Notes: generated by a model not told the origin, from the letters alone. Shown: positions 50,380-60,807, numbered from the stretch's first letter. The stretch is DNA of 64,000 nt from Patescibacteria group bacterium (GCA_019744845.1 JAIETW010000001.1:482859-546858), one strand, 5' to 3'. Numbers and translations are program-made.

Positions 50380-53300
50380 ATGGCAGATGATCGGGGTAAA
50401 GCAGAGGTAGCACGACGCGAAGAGGAAATTCTCGCGTTTTGGAAGGATGCCCGTATCTTTGAGAAATCACTCGGGAAAGATGCTCCTAAGGGGGAGTTCA
50501 CCTTTTATGACGGTCCTCCATTTGCGACCGGCCTCCCACACCAGGGTTCTCTTCTTTCTTCGGTCGCTAAAGATGCGATCCCGCGCTACAAGACCATGCG
50601 TGGGTATAGAGTACGTCGTCGTTGGGGCTGGGATACGCACGGACTTCCGATTGAATCGCTCGTAGAGAAGAAGCTGGGACTGAAGAATAAGAAAGAGATT
50701 CTCAATATAGGTATTGAGACCTTTAACGAGACTGCGCGCTCCATGGTGCTTGATTACGTGCATGAGTGGAAACGCTACATTGAGCGTATTGGTCGCTTCG
50801 TGGATTTTGATAATTCCTACAAGACCATGGACAACTCATTCATTGAGTCGGTCTGGTGGGGACTGAAGGAGATACATAAGAAGGGACGTCTCTATGAGGG
50901 ACGCAAAGTGCTTATGTACTGTCCGCACTGCGAAACGCCACTCGCGAAAGCAGAGATCGCGATGGACAACACCTATAAGGACATCACTGAAGAAGCGGTG
51001 ACGGTGAAGTTCAAGGTGAAGAATCCAGAGAAGCATGCGTTGCCCGCAGATACCCACATTCTCGCGTGGACCACGACGCCGTGGACGCTTCCGGGAAACG
51101 TGGGACTTGCAGTAGGGAAGGACATTCAGTACGGGCTCTACGGAAACGTGATTGCGGCTTCCGCGCGCGCTGAGTCTCTCGGGCTCTCCTCTCCTTCAAA
51201 GGAGATTACGGGCGCTGAACTTGTGGGTATTGAATACGAACCGCTCTATGACATCGCAAAAGTGGCGGCACACACAGGAAAGAAGTGGCAGGTGCTCTCC
51301 GGAGATTTCGTTACCACTGAAGATGGTACGGGTATCGTGCACACTGCCGTCATCTATGGAGAGGACGACTACGCGCTTGGCCTTAAGGAAGGGCTTCCAA
51401 TGGTGCCGCTCCTAAATCCAAACGGTACGTACAACGCTGACGCACCTGAGTTTGTGCAGGGGCAGTACATCAAGAAAGCAGAACCACTCATCAAGGAAGA
51501 TCTGGAGAAGCGCGGACTCATGTTTGCGAAGGCGATGAATACGCACTCATACCCGCATTGTTACCGCTGCGGCACTGCGCTCATCTACAACGCCGTCTCT
51601 TCGTGGTTCATAGATATTCAGTCGGTGAAGCAGAAGATGCTCGCAGAGAACGAAAAGATTTCCTGGACTCCAGGGCATCTTAAGCACGGACGTTTCAAAC
51701 ACATTATTGAATCTGCACCAGATTGGACTATTTCTCGTAACCGATTCTGGGCAAGTCCGCTTCCGATCTGGAAAGATCCGAAAGGGAATGTCACCGTCAT
51801 CGGTTCTCTTGATGAGCTTAAGGCGCGCACGAAGAAGTCAGGCAACAAATATTTCCTTCTTCGTCATGGCGAGGCAGAGCAGAATGCGATGGATATTTTG
51901 AACAGCAAAGATCCAGAGAAGTATGGTTTGACCGAAAAAGGGAAGGGGCAGGCAGATGAGGCAGGGGATGCGCTTAAAGAGAAAAAGATCACCAAGGTCT
52001 TTGTGTCCCCGTATCGTCGTACTCGCGAGACGGCAGGCATTGTCGCAAAGAAGCTCGGTATTCCAGAGTCTTCAATTGTCGTAGACGAGCGTATTCGCGA
52101 GCTTGATTTTGGCGAGAAAGATGGCAGTGGGCACAACGCATTCCTTGAATACCGTGCCGCACACATGTCCTCCTGTGACGATCGTATTCCTGGAGGGGAG
52201 AGTTACCAGGACGCCCGCAAGCGTTTTGGAGAGTTTATTTATGAAATAGAAGAGAAGTACCAGAATGAATCGGTGCTCATTGTCTCGCACGGCATTGCCT
52301 TTGAGACACTGGAGACACTTTCACTTGGACTCAGCAAGGTAGAGGTATGGGATCGCATTCTTGGCGTCCGCGCACCTATCGGCGCATACAAGGAGATTGA
52401 GTTTGTACCACTGCCACATAACAAGGATTACGAACTTGATTACCATCTCCCATACATAGATCGGGTGCAGCTTGTCTCTGAATCGGGAGAGCCACTTACC
52501 CGTACGCCTGAAGTGGTGGACTGTTGGGTGGAGTCAGGCTCCATGCCGTTTGCGGAGTACCACTATCCCTTTGAGAACCAGAAGGAGTTTGAGAAACGTG
52601 CGCCGGGGGACTTCGTCTCCGAATACATTGGGCAAACTCGTGCCTGGTTCTACTACATGCACGCGATCTCTGTCTCTATCTTTGGCCGTCAGTCATTCCG
52701 CAATGTGATCACGACTGGAAACGTCGTTGCCAAAGACGGGGCGAAGCTCTCTAAGAGTAAGAACAACTATACGGATCCGTACGTACTCTTTGATATGTAT
52801 GGTGCAGACGCGTTCCGGTATTACCTCCTCTCAAGTCCGGTCATGCAGGCAGAGGATCTTATGTTCCGCGATGAGGACGTGAAGGATGCGCATGCACGCG
52901 TCGTGAACATGCTTCGGAACGTCTTGTCCTTCTACCTTCTCTTTAAGGACGACATAAAAGAAGGAGTAGTGGTGCGCACCACGCATCCACTTGATAAGTG
53001 GATCTGGGCACGCTTCTCTGAAGTGCTTGCAGATTCCACTGATGCCTTTGATCGCTACGACGTCGTACGCGCGACACGCCCGTTCAAGGATTTCATTGAT
53101 GACTTGTCTACCTGGTACCTTCGTCGCTCACGTGACCGTGTGAAGGGAGAGGATGAGGAAGATCGTCAGGCAGCACTCCTTACCCTCCGTCACATTCTTC
53201 GTGAGTTCTCTAAGGTGATTGCGCCCGCAATGCCGTTTATCGCAGACGAAATATTCCGCACCGTGCGTCTCTCCTCTGATCCTGAAAGTGTGCACCTTGC

Positions 53301-53757
53301 CAACTGGCCAGCGCGTAAGGTGGCGCTCGTCACCAAGCTTCTTGGCGCAGGGAAGCGCGAGAAGATCTTGGTTACTGAAATGGCGCAGGTACGTGCGCTT
53401 GCCTCCGAAGCACTCATGCTTCGTCAGAAGGCAAATCTTAAAGTACGTCAGCCTCTTGCCTCTCTTTCTATCCCTGGAACACTGCTTCCTGAACTCGCGG
53501 CAATTCTTTCTGACGAGGTGAATGTGAAAGAGGTGAAGATGAATGCGAAGGATGTATCTCTTGATACAGTACTTACTCCTGAACTTGTGAAAGAGGGGGA
53601 CGAACGTGCGTTTGCACGCGCAGTCGCTGAAGCACGTAAGACGGAAGGCCTCTCACCAAAAGATAAAGTGACGGTAGAAAAGAAAGAGGATGGTGCACAT
53701 GTCGCTGAACTTTCTACCGGCAGCGTGCGCTTCTCGCTTATTCGCGATGCGTCCTAA
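50380..53757 (+). CDS. ileS: Isoleucine--tRNA ligase (type-2-like) carrying an inserted histidine-phosphatase (PGM-family) domain
   Basis: Class I motifs PPFATGLPHQGS (HIGH-like) and KLSKS. WTISRNRFWASPLPIW and YHLPYIDRV...VVDCWVESGSMP (CP/zinc region). Between them is a ~190-aa module, FLLRHGEAEQN...VFVSPYRRTRETA...LIVSHGIA, with the RHG and SHG catalytic motifs of histidine phosphatases. Confidence 0.9.
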   Translation: MADDRGKAEVARREEEILAFWKDARIFEKSLGKDAPKGEFTFYDGPPFATGLPHQGSLLSSVAKDAIPRYKTMRGYRVRRRWGWDTHGLPIESLVEKKLGLKNKKEILNIGIETFNETARSMVLDYVHEWKRYIERIGRFVDFDNSYKTMDNSFIESVWWGLKEIHKKGRLYEGRKVLMYCPHCETPLAKAEIAMDNTYKDITEEAVTVKFKVKNPEKHALPADTHILAWTTTPWTLPGNVGLAVGKDIQYGLYGNVIAASARAESLGLSSPSKEITGAELVGIEYEPLYDIAKVAAHTGKKWQVLSGDFVTTEDGTGIVHTAVIYGEDDYALGLKEGLPMVPLLNPNGTYNADAPEFVQGQYIKKAEPLIKEDLEKRGLMFAKAMNTHSYPHCYRCGTALIYNAVSSWFIDIQSVKQKMLAENEKISWTPGHLKHGRFKHIIESAPDWTISRNRFWASPLPIWKDPKGNVTVIGSLDELKARTKKSGNKYFLLRHGEAEQNAMDILNSKDPEKYGLTEKGKGQADEAGDALKEKKITKVFVSPYRRTRETAGIVAKKLGIPESSIVVDERIRELDFGEKDGSGHNAFLEYRAAHMSSCDDRIPGGESYQDARKRFGEFIYEIEEKYQNESVLIVSHGIAFETLETLSLGLSKVEVWDRILGVRAPIGAYKEIEFVPLPHNKDYELDYHLPYIDRVQLVSESGEPLTRTPEVVDCWVESGSMPFAEYHYPFENQKEFEKRAPGDFVSEYIGQTRAWFYYMHAISVSIFGRQSFRNVITTGNVVAKDGAKLSKSKNNYTDPYVLFDMYGADAFRYYLLSSPVMQAEDLMFRDEDVKDAHARVVNMLRNVLSFYLLFKDDIKEGVVVRTTHPLDKWIWARFSEVLADSTDAFDRYDVVRATRPFKDFIDDLSTWYLRRSRDRVKGEDEEDRQAALLTLRHILREFSKVIAPAMPFIADEIFRTVRLSSDPESVHLANWPARKVALVTKLLGAGKREKILVTEMAQVRALASEALMLRQKANLKVRQPLASLSIPGTLLPELAAILSDEVNVKEVKMNAKDVSLDTVLTPELVKEGDERAFARAVAEARKTEGLSPKDKVTVEKKEDGAHVAELSTGSVRFSLIRDAS

Positions 53758-54286
53758 GTACGTCACTCCTGCAATTGTGCTTGCCCGTATACCTCACGGG
53801 GAAGCCAACGCGCTTGTGACCTTACTGACTGCGGACTTCGGCCTTATCCGTGCACGTGCACAGGGAGTGCGGAAGTCTGGTGCCAAACTCGCGGCCTCTC
53901 TCCGCACCCTTTCTGAACTTGATGCCAGCGTCTTGTATGGGAAGGAGGGATGGCGTCTCTCAGGAGCCTCACTTGTAGAAGATCACTTTTCTAACCTTGA
54001 TGCAGTCTCCCGTGCCCGTGCAGGCCGTATTTCGTCTCTTATTCTCCGCCTGGTGCGAGGGGAGACCGCAGAGCCAGAGCTCTTTTTTGCCATCAAAGAC
54101 TTCCTGTCTTCACTCCCTGGTGAGGATGAAGAGACTCAGGATGCACTTGAGTGCCGTACGGCGCTTCGCCTCGTGAGTGCACTTGGGCTTGATGCAGGGG
54201 AGATTCCCGCGCTTGAAGAGGTGCAGACTTCTCGCAAAGCAATAGTCGCGCGCATCAATACTGGCATCGCAGCTTCGGGTCTTTAA
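53747..54286 (+). CDS. recO: DNA repair protein RecO (short form)
   Basis: OB-fold N-terminus ...TPAIVLARIPHGEANALVTLLTADFGLIRARAQGVRKS resembles RecO. 179 aa. Overlaps the ileS stop by 11 nt. Confidence 0.65.
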   Translation: MRPKYVTPAIVLARIPHGEANALVTLLTADFGLIRARAQGVRKSGAKLAASLRTLSELDASVLYGKEGWRLSGASLVEDHFSNLDAVSRARAGRISSLILRLVRGETAEPELFFAIKDFLSSLPGEDEETQDALECRTALRLVSALGLDAGEIPALEEVQTSRKAIVARINTGIAASGL

Positions 54287-54304
54287 GGTATACTTTTCTA
54301 CATC

Positions 54305-56146
54305 ATGGCTGATGAGCGCGAAGAAAAGCCAAGCCCGCTTGAGCGGATGCGAAAGAGTCTCTACACTCCGGGCACCTCTTTTGATATACAGCCGTCCTCA
54401 CTGTCTGCACGTTCTTCAAAGATGGCGCGTACTTGGGAAAAGGAGCCTGAGCCTGAAGTAAAAAAGGAGAGTCCAATTAAAATCTCCAAGTCCCTCATCT
54501 TCCTTATCGGTGCTGCAGCGTTTTTTGTAATTGCGGGACTGATTGCGTTCTTCCTTGTCGTACAGGGGGGTCGCTCGGTGTCTACCGATCGGATCTCTAT
54601 TTCTATTGAAAACCCACCCACCTCTATCGCAGGAGGGGACACGGTCTCTTTGTTTGTACTCATAAAGAACGAGAATCCTGCACTTCTCACTGACGCTAAA
54701 CTCTCGGTAGATTTTCCTGAAGGAACATACTCAGCGATTAATGCGACCGAACAAATCTCGCACCACATAGAGAAGATTGGAAACATTGGTCCAGGAGAGA
54801 GTGTGAAGAAAACCATCCGTGCCACTCTCTTTGGGGAAGCGAATCAGACGATTAAGATTCCGATGACGCTTGAATACCGCACGGAAGGCTCTAGTGCGAC
54901 CTTTGAGAAGGAAGAGGAATTTAGTTTTGTGATTGGCACCTCTCCTGTGTCGGTGAATGTGGTCGCGCTCTCTGAAGTAGCGTCAGGGCAGGAGATGACC
55001 TTTGAAGTGTCGGTACGTTCTAACTCACCAACGCTCATTGATGATCTCGCTGTGCGTGCAGAGTATCCATTTGGGTTTTCTGTTGTTGAAACCACTCCAT
55101 CTCCAGTTGCCGGGAACCTGTTCTCCCTTGGTGGACTCAAGCCAGGAGAAGAACGGAAGATCACCATCACCGGCAGGCTTACCGGCCAAGATCAGGATGA
55201 GCGCGTGTTCCGCTTTTCTGCGGGAACCGCACGCGCAGATGGTTCGCAGAATCTTGCGACGACGTATATTTCTAAGGAGGCGCTCGTGCAGATCACGCGG
55301 CCATTTATTGCGGTTGACCTTACCGTTGACGGAAGCCAAGCAGATTTGATTGCGGTTGCCCCTGGTCGCCCCGTCCAGTCACTGCTCTCGTGGATGAACA
55401 CACTCCCAAGTCAGATTCAGGATGCAGAACTTTCCGTTCGTCTTACAGGGGAGGCGCTTGATAAAAATTCTGTGACAGCATCCGGCGGATTCTATCGCTC
55501 TTCTGATACCACCGTGCTCTTTAACCGGGATTCTTCACCAGGCCTCCGTACGCTTCAGCCAGGAGATAGTGGAAAGGGATCATTTAGCTTTGCGACCAAG
55601 CCAAGCGCTCAGCTCGCGGACCTTCACAATCCTTCTATTACGATTACCGTTTCCGTTGCAGGCCGTCGCGTCGGAGAAACAGGCGTTGCAGAGCAGGTGT
55701 CCTCTACACTCACGCGTACCATACAGGTGGCAAGCGAGCTTTCACTCTCTGCATACGCCACGCGTGTAAGTGGTGCGTATCCGCCAGTTGCCGATGCGGA
55801 GACCGTCTACAGTGTGCGCTTTGGGGTGAATAACGGAGTGAACGCGATTGCTGATAGCGTCGTGAAAGCAACGCTTCCATCCTATGTGCGCTTCATCAGT
55901 AGCGCTGGAGGAAGCGTGACGTATAACGAAACGACACGAGAAGTCTCATGGGTCATTGGTGAACTCCCCGCACATGCACAGAACCGCTCAGCCGCCTTTG
56001 ATATTGCATTCCTTCCAAGTACCTCACAGCGAGATGCGACCCCAGTACTCGTGAATAGCCCGGTACTTTCGGGGTTTGATCGCTATGTGCAGAAGGTGGT
56101 GACCGATACGGTGCAGGCAATAGACTCTGGCGAGCCAGTAGAGTAG
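54305..56146 (+). CDS. Large membrane-anchored surface protein with ~5 tandem beta-rich repeat domains (hypothetical)
   Basis: N-terminal TM anchor LIFLIGAAAFFVIAGLIAFFLVV followed by a repeated ~100-aa pattern of Ig/DUF11-like type (PTSIAGGDTVSLFVL, VSGQEMTFEVSV, VAPGRPVQSLLSW, ITITVSVAGRRV, VYSVRFGVNNG). Confidence 0.5.
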   Translation: MADEREEKPSPLERMRKSLYTPGTSFDIQPSSLSARSSKMARTWEKEPEPEVKKESPIKISKSLIFLIGAAAFFVIAGLIAFFLVVQGGRSVSTDRISISIENPPTSIAGGDTVSLFVLIKNENPALLTDAKLSVDFPEGTYSAINATEQISHHIEKIGNIGPGESVKKTIRATLFGEANQTIKIPMTLEYRTEGSSATFEKEEEFSFVIGTSPVSVNVVALSEVASGQEMTFEVSVRSNSPTLIDDLAVRAEYPFGFSVVETTPSPVAGNLFSLGGLKPGEERKITITGRLTGQDQDERVFRFSAGTARADGSQNLATTYISKEALVQITRPFIAVDLTVDGSQADLIAVAPGRPVQSLLSWMNTLPSQIQDAELSVRLTGEALDKNSVTASGGFYRSSDTTVLFNRDSSPGLRTLQPGDSGKGSFSFATKPSAQLADLHNPSITITVSVAGRRVGETGVAEQVSSTLTRTIQVASELSLSAYATRVSGAYPPVADAETVYSVRFGVNNGVNAIADSVVKATLPSYVRFISSAGGSVTYNETTREVSWVIGELPAHAQNRSAAFDIAFLPSTSQRDATPVLVNSPVLSGFDRYVQKVVTDTVQAIDSGEPVE

Positions 56147-56157
56147 TCTCTACAGAT

Positions 56158-57450
56158 ATGGAAGGTTTGACTCTTGATACCCTCGTTTCTCTCGCCAAGC
56201 GTCGTGGATTCGTGTATCCGGGCTCTGAAATCTATGGCGGCCTTGCCGGTACTTTTGACTACGGACCGATGGGAGTCGCGCTCAAGAAGAATATTGAGCA
56301 GCTCTGGTGGAATCGTTTTGTCGCGACTCGTGATGACATGTACGGCCTTGATTCAAGCATCATCATGCCGGAAGCAGTCTGGAAAGCATCTGGACACCTT
56401 GAGGGCTTCACTGATCCCATGGTGGAGTGTGAGAAGTGTAAGCACCGCTTCCGCGCTGATCACGTAGAAGGGGAGAAGTGCCCGGATTGTGGTGGAAAGT
56501 TGAGTGCGGCACGCCAGTTCAACCTTTTGTTCCCGGTAGAGATGGGTGCGGCTTCAGGCGGTACGACGACTGGATATCTTCGCGGAGAGATTGCACAGGG
56601 CATGTTTGTGAACTTTAAGAATGTCATTGATTCCTTCCATCCAAAACTTCCATTTGGTTTGGCACAGAGTGGTAAGGCGTTCCGCAATGAGATTGCCCCA
56701 CGCGAGTTTTTGTTCCGTGTACGTGAGTTTGATCTCATGGAGTTTGAGTACTTCATTCGTCCCGATATGTGGGAGGAGCGTTTTGAATATTGGCGTAAAG
56801 AGATGTGGGCGTGGATTGAGGAAGTGGGTATTGATAAGGAAAAGGTGCATGAGCTAGAGGTGTCTGCCGACGATCGCGCGCACTACTCTAAGCGCACCAT
56901 AGACTTTGAGTTTGATTTCCCATTTGGTCGTAAAGAGCTCTACGGTCTTGCGTACCGTACTGACTACGATCTTTCTCGTCATGGAGAAGCTTCAAAGGAA
57001 AACCTTACCTATCTAGACGAAGAGACGAAGGAGAAGTTTGTGCCGCATGTCATTGAACCTACCTTTGGTCTTGGCCGCACCGTGCTTGCGGTGCTTGCCT
57101 CTGCGTATCGTGAGGATGAGCTTGGGGGAGAGAAGCGTGTGTACCTTGCACTGCCTCCCGCAGTCGCTCCAGTGAAGGCGATGGTGTCTCCACTCTTGAA
57201 AAACAAGCCGGAGCTTGTGGCAAAGGCACGAGAAGTGCGCGAGATGCTTCGCAAAGTGAATCCTGCGATTGCGTGGGACGATAACGGTAACATTGGTAAG
57301 CGATATCGTCGTCAGGATGAGATAGGTACGCCGTACTGTGTGACGATTGATTTTGATACCCTTGAAGACAATACGGTAACGGTGCGTGATCGTGATACGG
57401 GAGAACAGAAGAGGGTCGCCATCGCAGATCTTTCCTCCACGCTCTTCTAA
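56158..57450 (+). CDS. glyQS: Glycine--tRNA ligase (homodimeric alpha2 type)
   Basis: RGFVYPGSEIYGGLAGTFDYGPMG N-terminus. Class II motifs. Zn-finger-like insertion (CEKCKHRF...CPDCGG). C-terminal anticodon-binding domain. Confidence 0.95.
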   Translation: MEGLTLDTLVSLAKRRGFVYPGSEIYGGLAGTFDYGPMGVALKKNIEQLWWNRFVATRDDMYGLDSSIIMPEAVWKASGHLEGFTDPMVECEKCKHRFRADHVEGEKCPDCGGKLSAARQFNLLFPVEMGAASGGTTTGYLRGEIAQGMFVNFKNVIDSFHPKLPFGLAQSGKAFRNEIAPREFLFRVREFDLMEFEYFIRPDMWEERFEYWRKEMWAWIEEVGIDKEKVHELEVSADDRAHYSKRTIDFEFDFPFGRKELYGLAYRTDYDLSRHGEASKENLTYLDEETKEKFVPHVIEPTFGLGRTVLAVLASAYREDELGGEKRVYLALPPAVAPVKAMVSPLLKNKPELVAKAREVREMLRKVNPAIAWDDNGNIGKRYRRQDEIGTPYCVTIDFDTLEDNTVTVRDRDTGEQKRVAIADLSSTLF

Positions 57451-57486
57451 GGTGCAGAGCGAAGGGCAGAGTGCTAGTATTGCCCT

Positions 57487-58533
57487 ATGGATAAGCAGAT
57501 CAACGTCTCTATCACTCCTGGGACGGTCGTAATGACCATTCTCATTGGTGCAGCCGCCTACGCGCTCTGGTACCTCAGAGACCTCGTGCTTTTGGTCCTT
57601 ACGGCCATTGTGATTGCGTCAGCACTTGAGCCAGGTATCGCCTTTTTTGTGAAATATAAGCTTCCGCGCGTTATTGCCGGGCTCCTCATGTATTTGATTC
57701 TCTTCGGATCATTCTTCGGCACCATCTATTTCTTCTTCCCACCAATTCTTGAAGATACGCAGGCATTCCTTTTGTCCGCACCGCAGTATTTAGAGACCAT
57801 GAATCTTCCACAGTCGCTCACTGACATCTCTGTCGCGGCAGAGCATGCAGCAGAAGGGGAGACACTCATTGACACCTTGTTTGCCTTCCGTTCCGCATTC
57901 GTAGATACCTCTGAAGGAGCCTTCCGCTTGGTGTCTTCGTTCTTCGGTGGTGTGTTCTCGCTTCTGCTCGTGCTCGTACTTTCGTTCTATCTCGCGATTC
58001 GGGAGACGGGAGTGAATGACTTCCTTCGTTTGGTTACCCCCGCAAAGCACGAGGACTACATTCTTGATTTGTGGCGCCGTGCACACGGAAAGATCGGGCA
58101 GTGGATGCAGGGGCAGCTTCTCCTCTCTATTCTTGCGGGCGTGATCATCTATCTGGGCCTTCTCATCCTTGGCGTACCGTATGCACTTTTGCTTGCGTCC
58201 TTTGCAGCGGTTGCAGAGCTTATTCCAATCTTCGGTTCCTACATCGCTGCTATTCCCGCACTTATTGTTGCCTTTACGTACGGCGGGTTCCCGCTTGCGG
58301 TCATCGTCGCAGGTCTCTACTTGATCATGAACCTCTTCCAGGCAAATCTCATTTATCCGCTTGTGGTGAACAAAGTGGTGGGCATCCCACCGCTCATGGT
58401 CATTCTTGCACTTCTCATTGGAGGTAGTTTGGCTGGATTCCTTGGGGTGCTCCTTTCGGTTCCTATCGCCGCTGCACTTCAGGAGTTCATTAAAGACTTT
58501 GATCGTGCCAAGCGAAAGGGGAAGACTGCCTAA
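57487..58533 (+). CDS. AI-2E family transporter (PerM-like permease)
   Basis: 8 TM helices with the AI-2E pattern (LLSILAGVIIYLGLLILGVPYALLLASFAAVAELIPIFGSYIAAIPA). Confidence 0.8.
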   Translation: MDKQINVSITPGTVVMTILIGAAAYALWYLRDLVLLVLTAIVIASALEPGIAFFVKYKLPRVIAGLLMYLILFGSFFGTIYFFFPPILEDTQAFLLSAPQYLETMNLPQSLTDISVAAEHAAEGETLIDTLFAFRSAFVDTSEGAFRLVSSFFGGVFSLLLVLVLSFYLAIRETGVNDFLRLVTPAKHEDYILDLWRRAHGKIGQWMQGQLLLSILAGVIIYLGLLILGVPYALLLASFAAVAELIPIFGSYIAAIPALIVAFTYGGFPLAVIVAGLYLIMNLFQANLIYPLVVNKVVGIPPLMVILALLIGGSLAGFLGVLLSVPIAAALQEFIKDFDRAKRKGKTA

Positions 58534-58538
58534 GACCC

Positions 58539-59972
58539 ATGAGTGCTCGCTACCTTACCTCTACACTTCCGTACGTAAACGCTGATCCGCATATTGGATT
58601 TGCGCTAGAGATTGTCCAGACTGATGCGCTTGCGCGTGCATGGCGGGCAGAAGGGCATCAAGTATTTTTCAGTACGGGAACGGATGAACATGGACAAAAG
58701 ATTCTTGAAGCAGCGGAGAAGTCTGGAAAGGATGTGCAGGACTATGTAGATCACTACGCTTCTGAGTTTCAGAAGTTGAAAGAGGCGCTTGATTTGAGTA
58801 ACGATACGTTCATTCGCACTACCGATGCGCATCATGTCGCTGCGGCACAGGAAATGTGGAAGCGTTGTGAAGCCTCAGGAGATATATACAAGAAAGCGTA
58901 CGAAGGTTTGTACTGTGTCGGATGTGAGAAGTTTTTGACGGAGCGCGACATGGAAGAAGGGAAGTGTGTGATTCATCAGAAGGAGCCAGTCCTTCTTAAG
59001 GAAGAGAACTACTTCTTTCGCTTCTCTAAGTATCAGGACGCACTTCTTGGGTATCTTTCACGTCCTACCTCAGTCGTTCCTGAGTGGCGACGAGAAGAGG
59101 CACTGAACTTTGTGAAGGGGGGTCTTGAAGACTTCAGTATTTCTCGTGAGAAAGAGCGTCTTTCCTGGGGCATTCCCGTACCAGGAGATGATACGCAGGT
59201 TATGTATGTTTGGTTTGATGCGCTCACCAACTACATCTCTACGCTTGGCTGGCCTGAGCAGGGAGGGAACTTTGAGAAGTTCTGGACCAACGGATTTGTG
59301 CTTCAGACGGCGGGGAAAGATCAGGTCCGCTTCCAGTCACTCATGTGGCAGGCCATGCTTATCTCTGCAGGAGTAAAAGCAACTGACACGGTCTTCTACC
59401 ACGGCTTCATTACCTCCGGAGGGCAGAAGATGAGTAAGTCTTTAGGAAATGTGATTAGCCCGTACGATCTGGTGACCAAGTACGGCACTGATGCCACGAG
59501 ATATCTTCTTCTTCGTCACGTCCATCCGTTTGAAGATTCAGATGTGACCTGGGAGCGACTTGATGAGTGGTACACCGCAAACTTGGTGAACGGACTTGGA
59601 AACTTGGTCGCGCGCGTGATGAAACTTGCGGAAGAACATCTTCCAGGACCGGTCGCAGTTTCTGAAGACGACGTACGCATAGAAGCACCCTTTGTTGCTG
59701 CGCTAGACGCATTCCGTTTTGATGAAGCAATGGATCTTATCTTCAGTCATATCCAGAAGGGGGATGAGTACATCACCGAGAATGAGCCGTACAAGAAAGT
59801 GAAGGTAGAGGAGACAAAAGAGGAAGCAAAGAAAGATTTGGAGAAGCTCGTCATACACCTTGCAAAGGTGGCGGCACATCTTGCTCCACTCATGCCTTCA
59901 ACCGCGCGTGCTATTCAGGCTGCGGTCGCTACGAACACCAAGCCAGAGAATCTCTTCCCACGACTGCCGTGA
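58539..59972 (+). CDS. metG: Methionine--tRNA ligase (minimal form without C-terminal tRNA-binding domain)
   Basis: HIGH-region variant PYVNADPHIGFA. KMSKS (QKMSKSLGN). Zn knuckle CVGCEKF...C. Confidence 0.95.
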   Translation: MSARYLTSTLPYVNADPHIGFALEIVQTDALARAWRAEGHQVFFSTGTDEHGQKILEAAEKSGKDVQDYVDHYASEFQKLKEALDLSNDTFIRTTDAHHVAAAQEMWKRCEASGDIYKKAYEGLYCVGCEKFLTERDMEEGKCVIHQKEPVLLKEENYFFRFSKYQDALLGYLSRPTSVVPEWRREEALNFVKGGLEDFSISREKERLSWGIPVPGDDTQVMYVWFDALTNYISTLGWPEQGGNFEKFWTNGFVLQTAGKDQVRFQSLMWQAMLISAGVKATDTVFYHGFITSGGQKMSKSLGNVISPYDLVTKYGTDATRYLLLRHVHPFEDSDVTWERLDEWYTANLVNGLGNLVARVMKLAEEHLPGPVAVSEDDVRIEAPFVAALDAFRFDEAMDLIFSHIQKGDEYITENEPYKKVKVEETKEEAKKDLEKLVIHLAKVAAHLAPLMPSTARAIQAAVATNTKPENLFPRLP

Positions 59973-60760
59973 AGTATTTTGATGCGCATTGCCATATTCA
60001 GTTCGCGCAGTATGACGAGGATCGTGATGCTGTAGTCGCGGCGATGCGAGATGCCGAAGTCGGAGGACTCATCGTCGGTACCGACAGTACGCACTCACAA
60101 AAAGCAGTGGCCCTTGCGGATGGAGTCACCACCTTTGCTGCAGTGGGGCTGCATCCCAACGACAAACCAGGAGAAGGATATAATGACGCGTTTTTTGCAG
60201 CGCTCGCAAAGGATCCCAAGGTAGTAGCGATAGGGGAGTGTGGGCTTGATTACTTCCGACCCGAAGAGCCTGAGCAGGAGAAAGCACGACAGAAAGAAGT
60301 GTTTAGAAAACACATTGCGCTTGCAGTAGAGAACGACAAGCCGCTCATGATCCACGCACGCCCTTCTAAGGGAAGTATGGACGCATATCTTGATGCATAT
60401 GAAATGTTGAAAGAAGTGCAGCAGACACATGGCGAAAAGGTACGAGGGAACATGCACTTCTATGTAGGTTATATAGAGACGACCAAGAAGTTTCTTGAGA
60501 TTGGATTTACCTTCTCCTTTACCGCCGTCCTTACCTTTGCGCGAGATTATGACGAAGTAGTGCGGTACATCCCGCTTACGCGTATCCTTTCTGAGACCGA
60601 TGCGCCGTATGTGGCGCCTGCGCCAAACCGGGGGAAGCGGAATGATCCTCTTGCAGTGCAAGCAGTCGTAAAGGCTATCGCCGAGATACGGGGGGAGGAA
60701 GAAGAGGTGGTACGGGAGGCAGTGCTGGGGAATGCCCGGAGGGTCTTTCGGCTCCCGTAA
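59969..60760 (+). CDS. tatD: TatD-family metal-dependent hydrolase/DNase
   Basis: FDAHCHIQF N-terminal His motif. ECGLDY. MIHAR. TDAPY. 263 aa. Confidence 0.9.
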   Translation: MKYFDAHCHIQFAQYDEDRDAVVAAMRDAEVGGLIVGTDSTHSQKAVALADGVTTFAAVGLHPNDKPGEGYNDAFFAALAKDPKVVAIGECGLDYFRPEEPEQEKARQKEVFRKHIALAVENDKPLMIHARPSKGSMDAYLDAYEMLKEVQQTHGEKVRGNMHFYVGYIETTKKFLEIGFTFSFTAVLTFARDYDEVVRYIPLTRILSETDAPYVAPAPNRGKRNDPLAVQAVVKAIAEIRGEEEEVVREAVLGNARRVFRLP

Positions 60761-60807
60761 AGGGCCTATTTGCCCCCTCCAGGGGGGCGTGCTAGGATAC
60801 GGCGACT

